A stretch of 64,000 nt of DNA from Octopus sinensis (Eukaryota): the NCBI RefSeq assembly GCF_006345805.1, contig NC_043000.1, positions 55,862,001-55,926,000 of the forward strand, in the 5' to 3' direction. Numbering within the stretch: position 1 is the stretch's first letter; every line of letters begins with the position of its first letter. This document shows positions 10,901-26,014 of this stretch, one piece after another. The notes beneath the pieces were generated by a model. That model ran no database searches, was not told where the DNA came from, and saw only the letters and a list, made by a program, of their open reading frames with translations. The translations under genes were made by a program, and so were the position numbers.

Positions 10901-13284
10901 GAAATAACGTGGAATATCTCGCTTTGCTCAAAGAGACGGAATACGTTCAGGAACTGAACGTCCGACCTGGTCAACATCCACGCATCAATGCTATGCAGCT
11001 TTCCTGTATATATATGAGAGAAGCTCAAAACGAATGTTTCGGACTATAAGACAAAATATCAGTAGCTTAAACCCTATTAACAGCAAGGTGTAATGTATGA
11101 GACACATATAGTTACCTCGCATTAACATGGACTTGTTATCTGTAAATAACAATAACTAGATATTGCTCATACATGTAAGAAGTGAGAGTACGTATCGTAG
11201 TTGTGTTTGTTGTTTATTTTCAAACAGGCCTTCATCCAACATACCTACAACCAAAGGGATTTATATTTCTATTACATTATCTAATACGTTGTTTTTAAAT
11301 CAGTAGCATGTGGTTCAAAGACTTAAGCAGATGTGCTACCATTGATCTCCAGTTAGTGAGAGATAGGTCATGTCAGTGCTATAACATTTCTGCCACTGTC
11401 ACGCTTGAACATTTTCACATCCTCCGTCATGCACTTTCTCGGTCTCCAATAGGACTAGTATAAAATTAAATATTAATGTAAATTCCAACTAAGTGTTTCA
11501 TTTGTCTTGTAAATCTTGACGGCACACATTTCCTCCCTAGAATACGAATGTAATTATATTTCAAAGAGCTAATCTGCCTTCTTCAGAATTCCTAATTCCG
11601 CTGGGTGCAAATTTGGTTGTTTCTATAAACCTGACAAAAGTAAGAGTTAATGCATTCATCTACAAAGTCACCAGAGATTTCCTGAACCTCAGTGGGAAAT
11701 ATTTTTTATAATAGATAGATACAATTGATTTCCTTCATTCTCTCAAGGTAAAGATATTGTGTAGTCAACTGAATTTATTTCAGATAATATCCAATTCTTG
11801 TGTTTATATGTTAGGAGTAAAGATGGACAAAAGCAAGCGGAAGATTTAGAACTCGGCCGGTAATAAGAGTAAATACAAGACAGTCAATTAAATTGCAACC
11901 AGTTTCACTTCCCATCCATGACACATGCAAGTCAGCGCTCTTTTTGAATTTGAGTGATAATTTAATATCTAGTCCTTGTTTCCTTCACAAAAAGCCGTCC
12001 GATCAATGATGGTAAACTACACGAAGCCCATATTTCAAATCACAATGATTCATAAAAATAAATCATAGCTAAATTTCCCACTAAATAGAGGATGCCAATC
12101 TATATCAAGGGAAATTTTTCTGCGAGAGGAAGTTTACGTGGCTCTACTAGCCATCCAGCCTCTGATCATTTTCACAATACAATTGCTGCTTATTCCAGTG
12201 ATTTAAATCACTGTAATATGTATTAGTGGTATTTAATCATTGAAGATCTACTAATTAACCATATATATATATACAGAATGGTTCCATCATCTACTGTGCA
12301 GTTCTCATTATTAGAAATATTGAAACAAGGTTACTCAGGTGGGTTAATTGCATGAATTTAGATAATTAAGCAGACGGTGATCTACGTAATTGCTTACGTA
12401 AGGTAAATTCTGAATGAATTGAAATAAGACTCTTAGTTGGAGAAAGGAAACAAAAGCTGAATGACAATTGTTTGCAATTTTCAGTGAAACAAGGGACATG
12501 ATATTAAATTTCATTTTAGAGGATATCTCATTTTTGTACTTTGTAGAAAAATGTTATCTTTTTTAGCAGGCAACATATTAGCCACGAACATGTTGCTGTT
12601 CTGCTGAATAATTGGCGACGTATAGTTTTTATTAAGCCCGCTTTGTTCAGCGGACAGAAATATTTATAAGCAGGAAAAGTGTTAAGATAAAATTTAGTCG
12701 CTGTAATTTGTACAGTTACAAATATTAAGCTAAAGAAAGTAAATTAAGCAGGCCATAAATAGAGATAATACTAGTTAAGTGTCTATATGTTGACTGAGGT
12801 ACACAAATGATTTTAAGATATACGGAAATATACATGTCCAATTAAAGCTATACAGAATTTATAAAATAACCCCTTTTTGCTAATACGTTTACCCTTTGAC
12901 ATTTTAATTTTCATAAATTTTAATTAAGTTTTGGGAATGCAGTATGCATGGACTTTGAACATGCATACATTTAATATGTGTATCCGTGTGACTGGTTAAT
13001 ATCCATTAATTTGTTGGGTAATTGGGACGCCCAGAAGGTATAAAAGCACGATTTTATACATAATGAATGCAGAGTATGCTTGGTGTGATCAATACGTATC
13101 TGAACTGTTACCATAGTAACGAAGTTAAAGTATGCAGAGTGAAGCCGCTTGGCACAGATTGATCTTGATCTCTGTTGTGCATGTGTCCAAAGTTTTAACG
13201 TTCCAGCTCTCTCCCGCCGTTTACAACGGTGCTTGGAAGGATGGTGCGTAACGTGTGATTGCTGCATTGACCAACAGAGAAAAT

Positions 13285-13370
13285 TGAGCAGAAAAATGTG
13301 CATCAAATTTTGCCAAATGCTTGGCGATACCTCCTCAGAAGCTTACGCAAAGTTACCAAAAAGCTTTCAT
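13285..13370 (+). pseudogene. mariner transposase N-terminal remnant
   Basis: MCIKFCQMLGDTSSEAYAKL resembles the mariner first HTH start (IKFC-x-LG-x-T-x-SE-x-Y). Confidence 0.55.
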
Positions 13371-14769
13371 CGTTCTCAACACAATCAAGGAGATCTTGTG
13401 CAACTGAAATCCAAGTGTCTTTTTGGTCAGCTGAAAGCAGTTTTGGCAGTCGCTTGTGCTTTACTAAGCTGAAAAAGAATTACACAATAAATTATCGTTC
13501 CTATATATTGAAGTATGTTACTGTTTCACTCACAAGCGCCTACATTGCAACCAAAGCAAAGTCAGCAGGTCATCTGACTAATTGATTAAGCACTTGCCTG
13601 TTCAGTGTATCACATGCGATACACAGGACAATTCCCTGGCGTCCGTGGATCATATATGATGCAAATTCTCAATTTCTTTCTCAATTACCAGAGTAACTTA
13701 TGACTGTGAAAGGAAAATTTTATATTACTCGGAACGTGTGAAACAAGGGCTGACTAAATCTCTAGAAACAAGCATGGACGTTAATGAAAGACCTGTGTAA
13801 AATTTTTAAACAAGCAATGGGAAAAAACTCAAACCATCAAAAGACTGCGAATTCTAGTATCGATTACATTGCAACTACGATGTACTCTGATTCTCTCTTA
13901 GATGCATACTACCTCCGCTAAAGTGATATCCCTCTCGTTTCTTGTCATACTTATTAAGCGTGACCCAAGGCAACTCACTAGTCAGTTACCTATCATTTCT
14001 TCTTTAGAGCGTCGATTATTTAAAATTCCGTTTCCGTTCACTCTCTACTCTGTAAATGTCAACCTATAGATATTTAAACTAAACAGACTACAGTTTTAAG
14101 GCGTTCTTTGCATGTTATTGAGATACATGTAGCAATCTCATGTCTTGGTGGTATTGCAATGGATGCAATTGTCAGCACGACATCATATAGTTTAGTGTGG
14201 ATAAAAATAGCTATATAAACCATAATTATGCATAAACTCTCTGAAAACCAGCAGCGAAGGCACGACTCCGATATGAATATTCTAATATAAATGAATCCTT
14301 AACATAAGAAAGCAACACGCACCTTAAAGGTTTTACATGCTTTGCCATCAACGTTGTTATTTATGATTAGGAGACTCCGCACGAAAAACAAGACATATGT
14401 GCATTACCACATAGCCACGCCTACGCCTATCTCTGTACTTATCCTCTTAGTCTCAACCTAATGACCGACCACATTATTTCTTGCAACCTGTACTGCTTTT
14501 ATTTTTATGTCATTACTAGTTCTTCAATCATCTAATATATCTTGACCTCTATCATAAACGACTACTACTACCATCATTTTGTATAGACCTTTAAATCATG
14601 GAGTGTTGCTGATGTATAGAAACAAATAAGCCTTTTACTTCTATAGTGGTGTATGTTTAGGATCTTGGTGGAGATCAAGAGGGTATTTTTAGGACACCTT
14701 TTCTTTGCAGTTGTATGAATCAAGATTCGTTTCTAGCTTGTCCATGGGTGGTGCATACATGCAGGCGGT

Positions 14770-15006
14770 TCATATAGAGTACAGTTTGTTATCGTCTGCA
14801 TAGATGTACGCGCTGTTACAAGCTGCAGAGTGTAGATCAATGTACAGAAGGGAGTTTTCAACCAACAAAACTGAACCTTGGAATATAACTAAGTTGACAA
14901 CGTACGTGTTTTCAAAAGTCCTGTCAGTACATGCTGCGATGAAACCGATTTTATAGGTTGATTTGATATAAGCGATGTGAGATGCATGAAGGTCAAAAAC
15001 TGGCAT
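14770..15006 (-). pseudogene. Decayed LINE (CR1/L2-like) reverse transcriptase fragment
   Basis: VIFQGSVLLVENSLLYIDL...YIYADDNKLY corresponds to degenerate QGSVLGP and YADD motifs. Confidence 0.7.
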
Positions 15007-16546
15007 CTATAAAAATTTCGTGATTTTAAGGTATAGAAGAATTAGCCTTCTTTAGTCTTACATACTTACATACGGTCTTTCGGGAGATTTGGCCTTGGAT
15101 GTTTGTATGTGTTTTACCATTTCAGACCTGTCATCACTACTACAGCATGAGTCTTATTTGAACTATGCAAATTTTGTACTTACCACATCCAAAGTAACTT
15201 CTAGTTTTTCGGACGTCACATATATAGCAATTGGCAATACTATATATATGTCATGAGAACTCATCAGAGATGAGAGATACATGGAGACAAGAAGTATGAA
15301 ATTTAGGTTGGAGGTAAATGAATTCAAGCACATTCGAAATTTTTGCTGTTGCGAAAGAAAGTGTGTACATACATTGTGCAAGGTATGAGAGCATTATTTT
15401 CTATTCTGCAGGTCATGAGACGGTGGTCTTTTTACTTGGTGATAGTGTATAGCTTTGTCCGACTACTGTAGGTTGTTTTCGCATGCTTATTCAATACACA
15501 TCTCATTACAATAGTTATGCACAAGTCACTATTATAAATATCGACGACATGAGACAATTTTGTCACCTACTTTATTTAATTTTATTACTCCTCTTCGTAA
15601 ATAGTTTAAATGCAAATTAATGAGGTTATACTGAAAAAACAATTATGTGAAAACCAATAAAATAAATCGAAGCTCATAGTAACTTCACGTTGTAAATTAT
15701 ATGTAAATCCTATATGCCTCATTGGTTTGCTTTATTGTCTTTATCTTTTATGATTTCACTCATTAGCACAAGGTCTGAAATTTGTAAGTAAGGAATATCT
15801 ATTTGTAGGTAAGGAATATCTACTAAATAAACTACCAAAAGTTGAATGAAACGTGTTTTTCTCAATTTATTTGTGGGGTCAAATCAAGGAGATACAATAC
15901 AGACTTTTCTATCTGTCTCTCAAACGATTCTGTTCAGTCACCAGCCATATATATTTATAATAAACCAGTTAAGCAATCGAACTGATGGAGATAATTTAAA
16001 TGGTAAAAAAAAAACGAGGAAAGCTATGTCAGTATATCTTTCGATGGCTCTTGTTTGATGGTTCAAATTACTAGAAATTCCAATGATTTGCTATAATTGA
16101 TTTCATACGAAATGAAATTGGAGTGTCAGAAAACGATGACTAGTTCCCAATGTCTTCGGTCTCCAATGCGGCATCAAGTTCTTTGGTACTTTTTTCCTTC
16201 CATTCACAACATTAGGCATAGGATTTCCACAAGTACTTAAATGCAGTAACATAGCGTTAAGTATTTGAGAACATATTCAAATGTACTTCAAACCAATGTG
16301 AAAACTGGTTTTGTTGCACTTTCCAGATGAACTCTTTCGAGATTCGTGACTTGTTGATTGCAGTATAGCCACGGAAAATCAATATGAATAAATAAATACA
16401 AATTAATTGAACATAATAAAAATCTAAGACGACGACAGTCAAACGAGGTACTTAAAATGTGGTGCGAAATAAATATAAACGTTTGTATGTATGGAAATTA
16501 GTCTCAAACCAATTTCGCTCTTTTAGACACATGATTTATCACGTTT

Positions 16547-16598
<52 letters not shown>

Positions 16599-16980
16599 GA
16601 ATGAGTGGCTTGGTTTTATTTTCAAATGTCTCTTCATATTAGCTGTATTTATGTATCACAGTGACTAAATGTACTTAGATGCAAACCAATTTCAACATAA
16701 CTTATATAAAAGCCTTACTATTCTTTGATATATTGTATCCCTTGAACGTCTTCAGGTTAACTGATACATTATAATATGGTCATTTGATCAAATTTTCCGC
16801 AGACTTAGCATAGTATCTATTCTATCTATAATTTGATTAAAAGTTTTGTAAGTCGTTGTATGACAATTCCATGAAATTTTCAAACGTTTAACTGTACATT
16901 GATTTCCTGTTTGTGTGAATAACAAACAAACCCACAATCATTCACGCACACACAGATACACATAGGAACACACACACGGG

Positions 16981-17070
16981 AACTTAAACACACCAGCATC
17001 GGTTGTCAAGCGATGTTGTCAAACACAGACACACAAACATACACACACATACACACACACACACACACGC

Positions 17071-17117
<47 letters not shown>

Positions 17118-17275
17118 CGGGCTTCTTTCAGTTTCCCCTCTACCAAATCCACTCACAAGGCTCTGGTCGGCTCAAGACTATAGTAGAAGTCACCTGCCCA
17201 AAGTGCCACGCAGTGGGATTGAACCCGGAACCATGTGGTTTGTAAGGAAGCTACTTACCACACAGCCACTCCTGC
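16981..17275 (-). mobile_element. SINE family A, 3'-truncated, with internal (CA)/(TA)/(GA) microsatellite
   Basis: Reverse complement of the 43452 copy. Confidence 0.85.
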
Positions 17276-18287
17276 AAATATACACATATTGTCATATATA
17301 CGCATATATACATACATACATATATATATATATTGTTGAATGTATGTATGCATATATGTTTGTGTATGTGTGTTTCCGCGCGCGCGTGTGTGTCTATGAA
17401 GGTGTGTGACTTAGTGGTCCTTCTCCCTCACGTAACTCTGATCTCTTTCATTGATCCTCATACTACAATGGAGATTAGAAGCATATAGTGATTCAAACAA
17501 ATCCGCTAATCCGCCACCTTAGACTGGTACTTCATTAACCGTGGAAGGAAGACAGGCAAGTTGACTTCAATGTGATTTGAACTTAGAATACGAAGAACAG
17601 GAATAAAAGTACTCCAAGTCACTTCGTATAGCATTTTGTGTGATTACGAAAACGCAGATATATTATGCTAGAACCCTGTGCATATTCATTGTATCTTTAA
17701 ATGCAACCGAAATACAAATTAATTGTTGAGATTTTCAAAAGTATACATATATCGGTTCACCCTGTCGCAATTATTCTCAAAAATAAAATTTGTAAAGGAC
17801 TAGAGATTAATGTCACTAAATCACTTAATAACTTAAATATTCTAAAGAGCTTCAAACCATCAACATATTTTCCACTTATAACGGAAGAAGCAAAATATAA
17901 TCAATTTAAACTGTAAACAAAAAAAATCGAAAGTAATTCAATTACATCAATTTTAAATTTCTTTTCTTTTTTTCAAGTCTTCAATGAATATTTTATCAGA
18001 ATAAGTTATGAGTAAAATACAATTCAAGAATATTTATTCATCCCACTTAACTCGTGCGACAAATAGAATTAATTGATCTATCAGCAAGCAAATAAGCCAA
18101 CAAAAATGTCTGCTAGAAATGCCAGCTAAATTTCTCTCAAATTTTATTTACCGTCTTAATTATTCTAGATTAAATTATGTACGCGATTATAAGTAACACT
18201 GTTTGAAAATTGGTGGTGTAGTAGCGTATGGAATATTTGTGACTTAGACCAATCTAGGAATAACGTTACTGTCTTGTGTCTTAGAAT

Positions 18288-18500
18288 TCATATGGCTGGT
18301 TGCCCGGTTTCCATGGCGTATAAGTGATCGAGACGACAACATAGTCCCTGGTTGGTCCATCTCAGAGTTTCCCACTTACAGTTGAGTGAACAGGAGCAAC
18401 GTGAAATGAAGTGTTTTGCTCAACATCACAATGCGCCGCCAGGTCTTGTAATCGAAACCCTGATCATGCAAGCAACACCCCAAAGATTAAGTCATGCGTT
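18288..18500 (-). mobile_element. tRNA-derived SINE, family B-related, diverged
   Basis: Minus strand has ttgagcaaaacacttcatttcacgttgctcc, shared with the 44909 copy. The tail differs. Confidence 0.65.
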
Positions 18501-18729
18501 TTCCCTACTAGGACAAAACAACAACAAATTTGTTGTCAGAACAATAGACAGCTATAAATAATGGAAGTTGTGATATTCACGCCTGTTCCAGTAATTTCTA
18601 TAGCTTTAGCAGCATAGGCAAAATATCAACGATTAAGAATGGAACAAAGATTGCAACATAACTTCACCGGGAACTTCACATCTGACCTACAGATCTCATT
18701 ACAGCAGAAAGTAAATCCCTTTCCATTGC

Positions 18730-19626
18730 ATTGGGTCATCCCATAAATAATACGGGTTATTTATGCTTCTTTTATTTTTCAATATTAAGATAAAAACAGT
18801 TCTTTTTTAATCTAAAATATACTCTTCTTCATTTTCTACAATGCTCTTCCATACTATCTGGTAGACTTGCAAGGCCCCTCTTCCAAACTTCACTTGTCCG
18901 TGACGAAAAATACTCCTACAGTACTGTTCTGAGCCCGTCTACAGAATTCTTATTTTTTCCGTCCAAATGATTTTGAAGACTGCAGAATAAATGATAATCA
19001 GATGGGGCAATGTCCGGCGAATATAGTGGCTGGAGCATCATTTCCCATTCAAACTGCTCTAGCCTTTGGAATGTCATCTTCACTGTATGCGGCCAAGTAT
19101 TATCCAAATGGAAGAACATCTTTCGTCTTGAAACCAAGAATGGTCGTTTTTCTTCTAGCGCTGACTTGCATGACTGGTTTAATTACCAAATTCAAGCTTC
19201 TCTGCTAGTTCCTCAACAGTTACAATGGGATTTTGTTCCACCAAGGTTTGCAGGACGTCCTCATCGAGCTCTACAAATCTTCCAGGACGAGGCTTGTCTT
19301 CTAGGCTGTAGTTTCCGGCTCGGAATTTCTGGAACCACCGTTGACACTGGCTTAGGCTTATTGTCCGATCCCTATATACTGCATTAATATTCCTCGCACT
19401 TTCCGTTGCGCTGTTACCTTTATTGAACTCATAAAGCAAAATATGCCGACTATGCTCCTTTATCACTTCCATTATAGTTTTGAAAGAAATAGCTGCTAAA
19501 ATCGAACTGCCCTCTTCAAAAGTTGCACTAAGAGTAAAGGCAAGGTAAAATTACTACCAGCTTTTATAGCAAGTTGATGCAGGTAGTTTATCCCGTTCCC
19601 CTCTGACATTTAGTTCATGGCCCAAT
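18730..19626 (-). mobile_element. Internally deleted mariner transposon
   Basis: ORF 19179-19472 is the HTH region (HILLYEFNKG...WFQKFRAG...PRPGR). ORF 18916-19137 has HLDN...YSPDIAPSDYHLF. Weak terminal match attgggtcat/attgggccat. Confidence 0.85.
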
Positions 19627-22139
19627 AGTTGAATTTTGCTAATGTTTCATTCATGTCCAGAAATATTTACAATACATACTCATGGCTATAAAACGCAACC
19701 CGTATGTGTATGTATGTGTGAGTGTGTGCGTGCGTATGCGTGTGTAAGAGTGTGTGTTTGTGTGTGTGAGAGAGTGAGTATGCACGTATGTATGCTCGTA
19801 TGTCTGCGTGTATGCATCAATGTATGTATACACTTCTTGCGTTGGTATTGATATTGGTATTGTTGGTATCAATATCAACCACTATTGTAAAAGCGAAAAT
19901 CCACTCGGTACAAGATATATTCAATAATCCGTTCTGAATAACATTAAGTTATTAAGTAAAATGCCTTATTTATTTATGACAAAAGAAGTAAACTAATTAC
20001 TGTCGTAGGCTGGAGAAGTCGGCATAACTGTATAAGACATTCAAAACGGCATTTTTAAACGGTCTTCCACACCTACACGTTTGGTTTTGACTCATTGATG
20101 TAAATCTAACAGGAATGTTATGAGAAATATTTTGGGAGAGTTAGTTATATGAAAGTTAAATTTGATAATGATTTTAAAATATCAAGTAGTATTATCGATT
20201 GGCTATTTTCTTTACAGATGTTACTTCGGGAAATCTATTTAACTTCCTTTTTATATTAATACATACTATCAAATATTACTTTCTCTGAGGATATCGTGAA
20301 AGTTTTAGTAATAGTTTTAGAATAGGGTGGAAGTGGTGCACAGATGGTGCGGCTACAACGGTACAATTTACAATGCTAGAGTTATTTTGCCACTTAAAGG
20401 CTGGTTGAAGTAAGATTTGATAGGTTGGGTTTAGAATATAACATTCTGAATTAGTAAAGAAAGAAAAATTTTAATTTCATTTCGAGTTCCTGCTATTGTC
20501 TCTGTATATTTATAGACTGCCTTTATAATATTCAATTATAAAACGATATGAATGTTTTAAACACAATACTTGCTAACTGGTACTGAGTAAAGTTTAAATA
20601 TGTTGTGGAAATTATTAGACATGAATCGATCAAAGACTGTACTAGAATACTAACATTGTTGTATAAGGAAACCAGGTATGTCATTTTTTAATGGCAAAAC
20701 TGTGGAGGTTAATTTGGTGGATTGCATACATCTTTTACTAGCTGGTGATTTTTACGATGTGATTTTCTGTAGCTCTATTAAAATGTATTGATGCCTTACG
20801 AAGAGCACAAATAAAATAAACAACTTACGGTGGTCAATGACATGTTTCTCTGTTCCGATACCTGTTGGCTCTTAATTCGTTTTCATAATTCATTTTACTA
20901 TGATGTTTACATCATAGTAAATATAGTAATATGATGTTTACTAAATAGCAAATAATGTTGTATTCCTTTTAAATATATACAAATTCCCATATTTCAGAGT
21001 AAATAACGTATGATATGAGCCTAAGTTTTCCAAGGAAAATAACTACATAAATAAACGAAACTTGTTTATTACTTTATGGAATCGAAATGGGTCATATTTA
21101 TTTTGAATAAGAGCTTTATTTTTATGAAAACGGAAATAATGACCATGATATTATCTCATCAATAATCAAAGTCATCACTGACTACTTACCTTTATCCACC
21201 ACCTTAGGATGCTGAAACTAATAGAAAGGAATATCTTGTCAGAGATTTAGCCTTGTTAAAGGAAAGCATGATTAGGAACGAAATTTCTAATATAGGTAAA
21301 TCTTGGAAAATATATATTATGTAAAATGTTTTGTAGATGGTCTGTGAAAACAGATATAGTGTAGTTGAGCAGGAACATGGGAGATGTCACATGGAATAAG
21401 AACACTTATTATTTTATATTCTTTTGTATCGAATTATATTATTAAATACTTGTACCAAAATTACTAAGCGGCCAGATGAAAATTCTAAAACGGACGATAG
21501 ATTAAGCCTGTCAATCAAATAAGCCAAAGTAGGATTTGAAATCAGAACGCCAAGAGCCGAAACAAATACCACGAACCATCTTGTTGTGTGAATTTACAGT
21601 TCCACCAGACATAATTGATTACTTATTTTATCGACCACGAAAGTGTAAAATGTAACGTTGACCTAAACAGTATTTGAACTTGCGAATTAGGAAGCCAGAG
21701 AAATACTATGAGTAACTCTGCCCGAGCTTCTAACTACTCTGCTAATTTGTTTAAACTGCATAAAATTCATTAAGTTAATTAGTTGTCCAGAGAAATTTTA
21801 ATAACTTTTATATTGAAGTGGATTGTCTCTATTCAGACAGAGGATAAAATTAATGGCTAAACAAATTTCACATCCGCTACTAAACAATAAATTTTTCAAT
21901 GTAAAAACTGATCATTTACAAATAGTATTGAAATTTCTAACATTTTTTGGATTTTTTTTAAATGGACGGCTATTAACTTGATTCATTTCGAATTATTTAC
22001 CAACTCACAGAAAGACCGCACAATTGTTTAACTCACCCTTCTCTCTCACACAAACACACTTTTTCTCCTCTCTCTTTATGTGTGTGTACATATATATATA
22101 TGAACCTACGCACGTACATACATGCATTCATTCATGTAT

Positions 22140-22203
<64 letters not shown>

Positions 22204-22400
22204 TCATTCACATATAGGATAACTGTGAGCATCGTAAATGGTAAAACGGTAAGGCGATCAAAATACAGAACCACTGAGCATAGGGCAAACGACTTGTGGA
22301 AACATTTCTACTTTTTTGCGTTTTCAAGCACACTGTAAATTTCACTTTCCCAAGCTTAATGAATAAAGTGCCAGTCAGATACTACTATAAATTTCTTTCC

Positions 22401-22471
<71 letters not shown>

Positions 22472-24461
22472 GCACACTCACATACACACACACACAATCA
22501 TCTTCAGAGAGCATAAGTAAATAGTGAATAGTATCAGCTAGTGAAAGATTGAGCTAGGAACTGGTAATCTCTTCCTATCGAGAAAACAATGAAGGTATGC
22601 AAAATAAACCAGAGAATATGGCGGATGTAGTCGCACTAAAGAGCGTATTTTCAAACAACAATTAAACAAATTATAAGCAGTTAAGTCAATTTCCGGTTGA
22701 AGAATGAAGTTCATGACAGTATATATGAATCAAAACAAATGTTAGTTTTTTCCGAATTATATTTGAAGTTGGTAGAAGCAATGCAAATATGTATAGGTAA
22801 CTTGACAATCAGCTCCTGATCACATGACGAAATAAGATTTGCACCATGTATAAGGTATTTTAGGATATTGGAAGAATATTACAAGACCTATTCAAAAACA
22901 ACCTTGTTCACGTATAGAACTTTATTCGTACTCTGGCTCCTCCCTTTTAGATAGACTAATATTTAATTACTTTTCAGAAACTGTTTCTAAGTTTACTTTA
23001 CTTAATACCAATTGGCAAGAGACTTGACAAAAAATATACATAACTTTTTATACTACACTATTACAATAGGAATATATGAAGATACATAGACAATTGTAGG
23101 ACTTCATAACGTAACTAAAATCAAGAAACGAATCGCATTGCTAAGTTTGGTCTCCAGAACCTCAACTTTTGTTCACTATATTACAGATGTATTTAGGTAC
23201 TAGACTTCATTAGTTGCTAAGCTTTGGGTAACGCTGGCAGAGTTCGTTATTTTCTTGCAAGTATTTGAACCAGGTCTCCAGTCTGAAAATAGATAACTAA
23301 ATCATTATGAGCAGCATCCTACTACAGCGACCCAAAGCCATAATTTATACCTTGTTTATTCAACCAATCTCACAAAAACTGTATAAAGTCGTAGGTGTTG
23401 CTCTTCTTTCTTTCACTAAACAATAAGAGACCATTTTTTTAAATATAAAGCACAAAATGTGCTGTAGTCTTTCTCGTATTATTGCAGTTTGTATTATATC
23501 CACAATGTTATAGTATTAAAATTATAACAGACTATGCCTACCGCAACTTATTCGGGCGATCGTTATATGTTTTTGTATCTTTTGATACAGAAAGTCTTGT
23601 TCATGAAATAACCTTTTGTCAAGTGGAAGACCAATGCTGAGCACATACATACAAGGAAATATCCAATTATTCACATGGCGTAGAATGTAAATATATGAAA
23701 ATATCGTTTATCAAACTAACTGTTTGTTTCCTGTTTCTTTCTCATCCATTGAAGAGGAAATTGTCTCTTTTCGTATCATAACTTCAAGCTACTTTCTATT
23801 TATAAAAAAAAATAACAATTTTGCTCGTCTTTTTACTACAGGGGATTTTTGATAATAAGCTGTCTCTTGCAGTCGTACAGTTGACATTTCCAATTAGTCT
23901 TTATATTTGAAATGGATGAGATAGTTGTAATCATAGCTTAAGTCTTATTCAGCACTAAAGATAAGGATAAAATAGGAACAAGTAAAGAAAGGAAGCTGAA
24001 AAATGTACTGATAATAATTCTTTCTTGTTCATGCCAAAGGGTAGTAGATGAAAGTATGTTACAAGTACCAATCACAAAGACTGGGGAGTTTTACAGAATG
24101 AAGTATAAAGAAAACGTTTGAAATACTACACTATTAATACAAAATGGGTAATGAGAGTCAAATTATGTTTCACCTGGGGTGTCGAAGTTATTCTCTCTTC
24201 AGCAATCGTCCTGTCACTACAGCGTAATATGTATACATGTATTTTAGTTTAGGTAATTCTGCTGATGGCCTTTTTCTATGATATAACTTTGTAGAGAGAT
24301 TTTTCTATAGTCCTTTGCGTGTCACTAAAAACATTCACAGCTGACATGTGTTTCACCGTCATTGAGTTAGAACTACTTTCTAAATACATTGTTGTGGACG
24401 AAACGAGAATGAAAGAAGCCAATTGAAATAGTTTAGATATTTGTTTTCCATTAATCTTTTT

Positions 24462-24877
24462 TTTTTACTCTTTTACTTGTTTCAGTCATTTGACTGCGAC
24501 CATACTGGAGCACCCCCTTTAGTCGAAACAAATCGACCCCAGGGCTTATTCTTTCTGAGCCTAGTACTTATTATATCGGTCTCTTTTGCCGAACCGGTAA
24601 TTTACGGGGACGTGAACATACCAACAAATTGATTGGGGGGGGGGACAAACCTAGACACACAATTACATATATACATACATATATATACATGTATGTATAT
24701 ATATATATATATATACGACGAGCTTCTTTCAGTTTCCATCTACCAAATCCACTCACAAGGTTTTGATCAGCTCGAGGCTATAGAAGAAGACACTTGCGGA
24801 AGGTGCCACACAGTAGGATTGAACCCGGAACCATGTGGTTAGGAAGCAAGCTTCTTGCCACACAGCCACTCCTGCGG
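24462..24877 (-). mobile_element. SINE family A, full length
   Basis: Head at 24875, tail tttcagtcatttgactg at 24480; matches the 43452 and 46262 copies. Confidence 0.9.
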
Positions 24878-25364
24878 CTATGCATTGTTGCTTTTGCTTC
24901 TTACCATTGGCTGTTCTGTAGGAATATTTTTCATAATTTCCTTTTTCGTTTCACTTTGGAAAAATATTGGTGACGTCAAAGAAAAAATACCTTCATGTAA
25001 CGACTGAAAGTGTGTTGTTCTTAAAATAACGTTGATTCTCAGAACTTGAAATTTTACTATCACTAAGAGGTAATTTTAGCAGCAACAGTTTTCTTTACCT
25101 GATATCTATTTCTTACCTTTTTCCATTTGATCGATCGGTAAGATCCTAAACTGAACTGGTTGCGCGAGAAACTAGATAGAGCAGCAATACCACTCTCGTG
25201 TCACACTCTACCATCTTCCGTGTACTTTGACAGAGAAAATGGAGAAATTATGCTGGCTTAAATAGTTCGTTAAGATCTAGTTAAGATCGTTAAGAATACG
25301 GTTAAAGTTTGGACAAATAATAAAATATGTCTATTATTTGAACACCATATACAAACATGCATCC

Positions 25365-25395
<31 letters not shown>

Positions 25396-25639
25396 CACAT
25401 AAAGATATGTGTGTACAGACATACAAAAATAAATATGCATGTATAAATACATATGAGTGTGTGTTTAATTATTTTTTAAACCAAAGCAATGAAAGTTGTA
25501 AAAAGAAAAATAATGATACATGTCGATGAATAGTACTGTCACCTGATAGTCCAATATCTCAGGGTTAGAACCCCTTCTTCGAGAGATCTGCGGTGAAAGG
25601 TTGTTGTTAGCTAACTTCTCATTCCTATAGTATGGCTGT

Positions 25640-25740
<101 letters not shown>

Positions 25741-26014
25741 TTCTCTATTAGCCGCGCAGGGCCGAATACCGAGGGGACAATACCGTGTAGAATTATTTCT
25801 TTCGAAAACGATCAAAAAGGATCGAAAACATTTTGGGACGTGTACACAAGGAGATAACAAAGTGTCGTTTTTAACAATTAGAGTTCCCAAAAGGGGTAGT
25901 AAATATAATACTGACAAGGGTTATCCGTGGAAAGCAAAACCTACGAAAAAAAAACACAGTAACTCGGAAAAAGGGAAAACAATATGAGAGCAATGTGCCC
26001 TCTCTCTTTTTGCT

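Noticed and set aside
11200-11460. Possible RTE LINE 3' remnant on the minus strand
   Set aside because: Resemblance too faint to support without alignment.
20894-20921. 12-bp hairpin tttactatgatg-ttta-catcatagtaaa as a terminator
   Set aside because: AT-rich, eukaryotic context, no adjacent gene; likely a local fold-back duplication.
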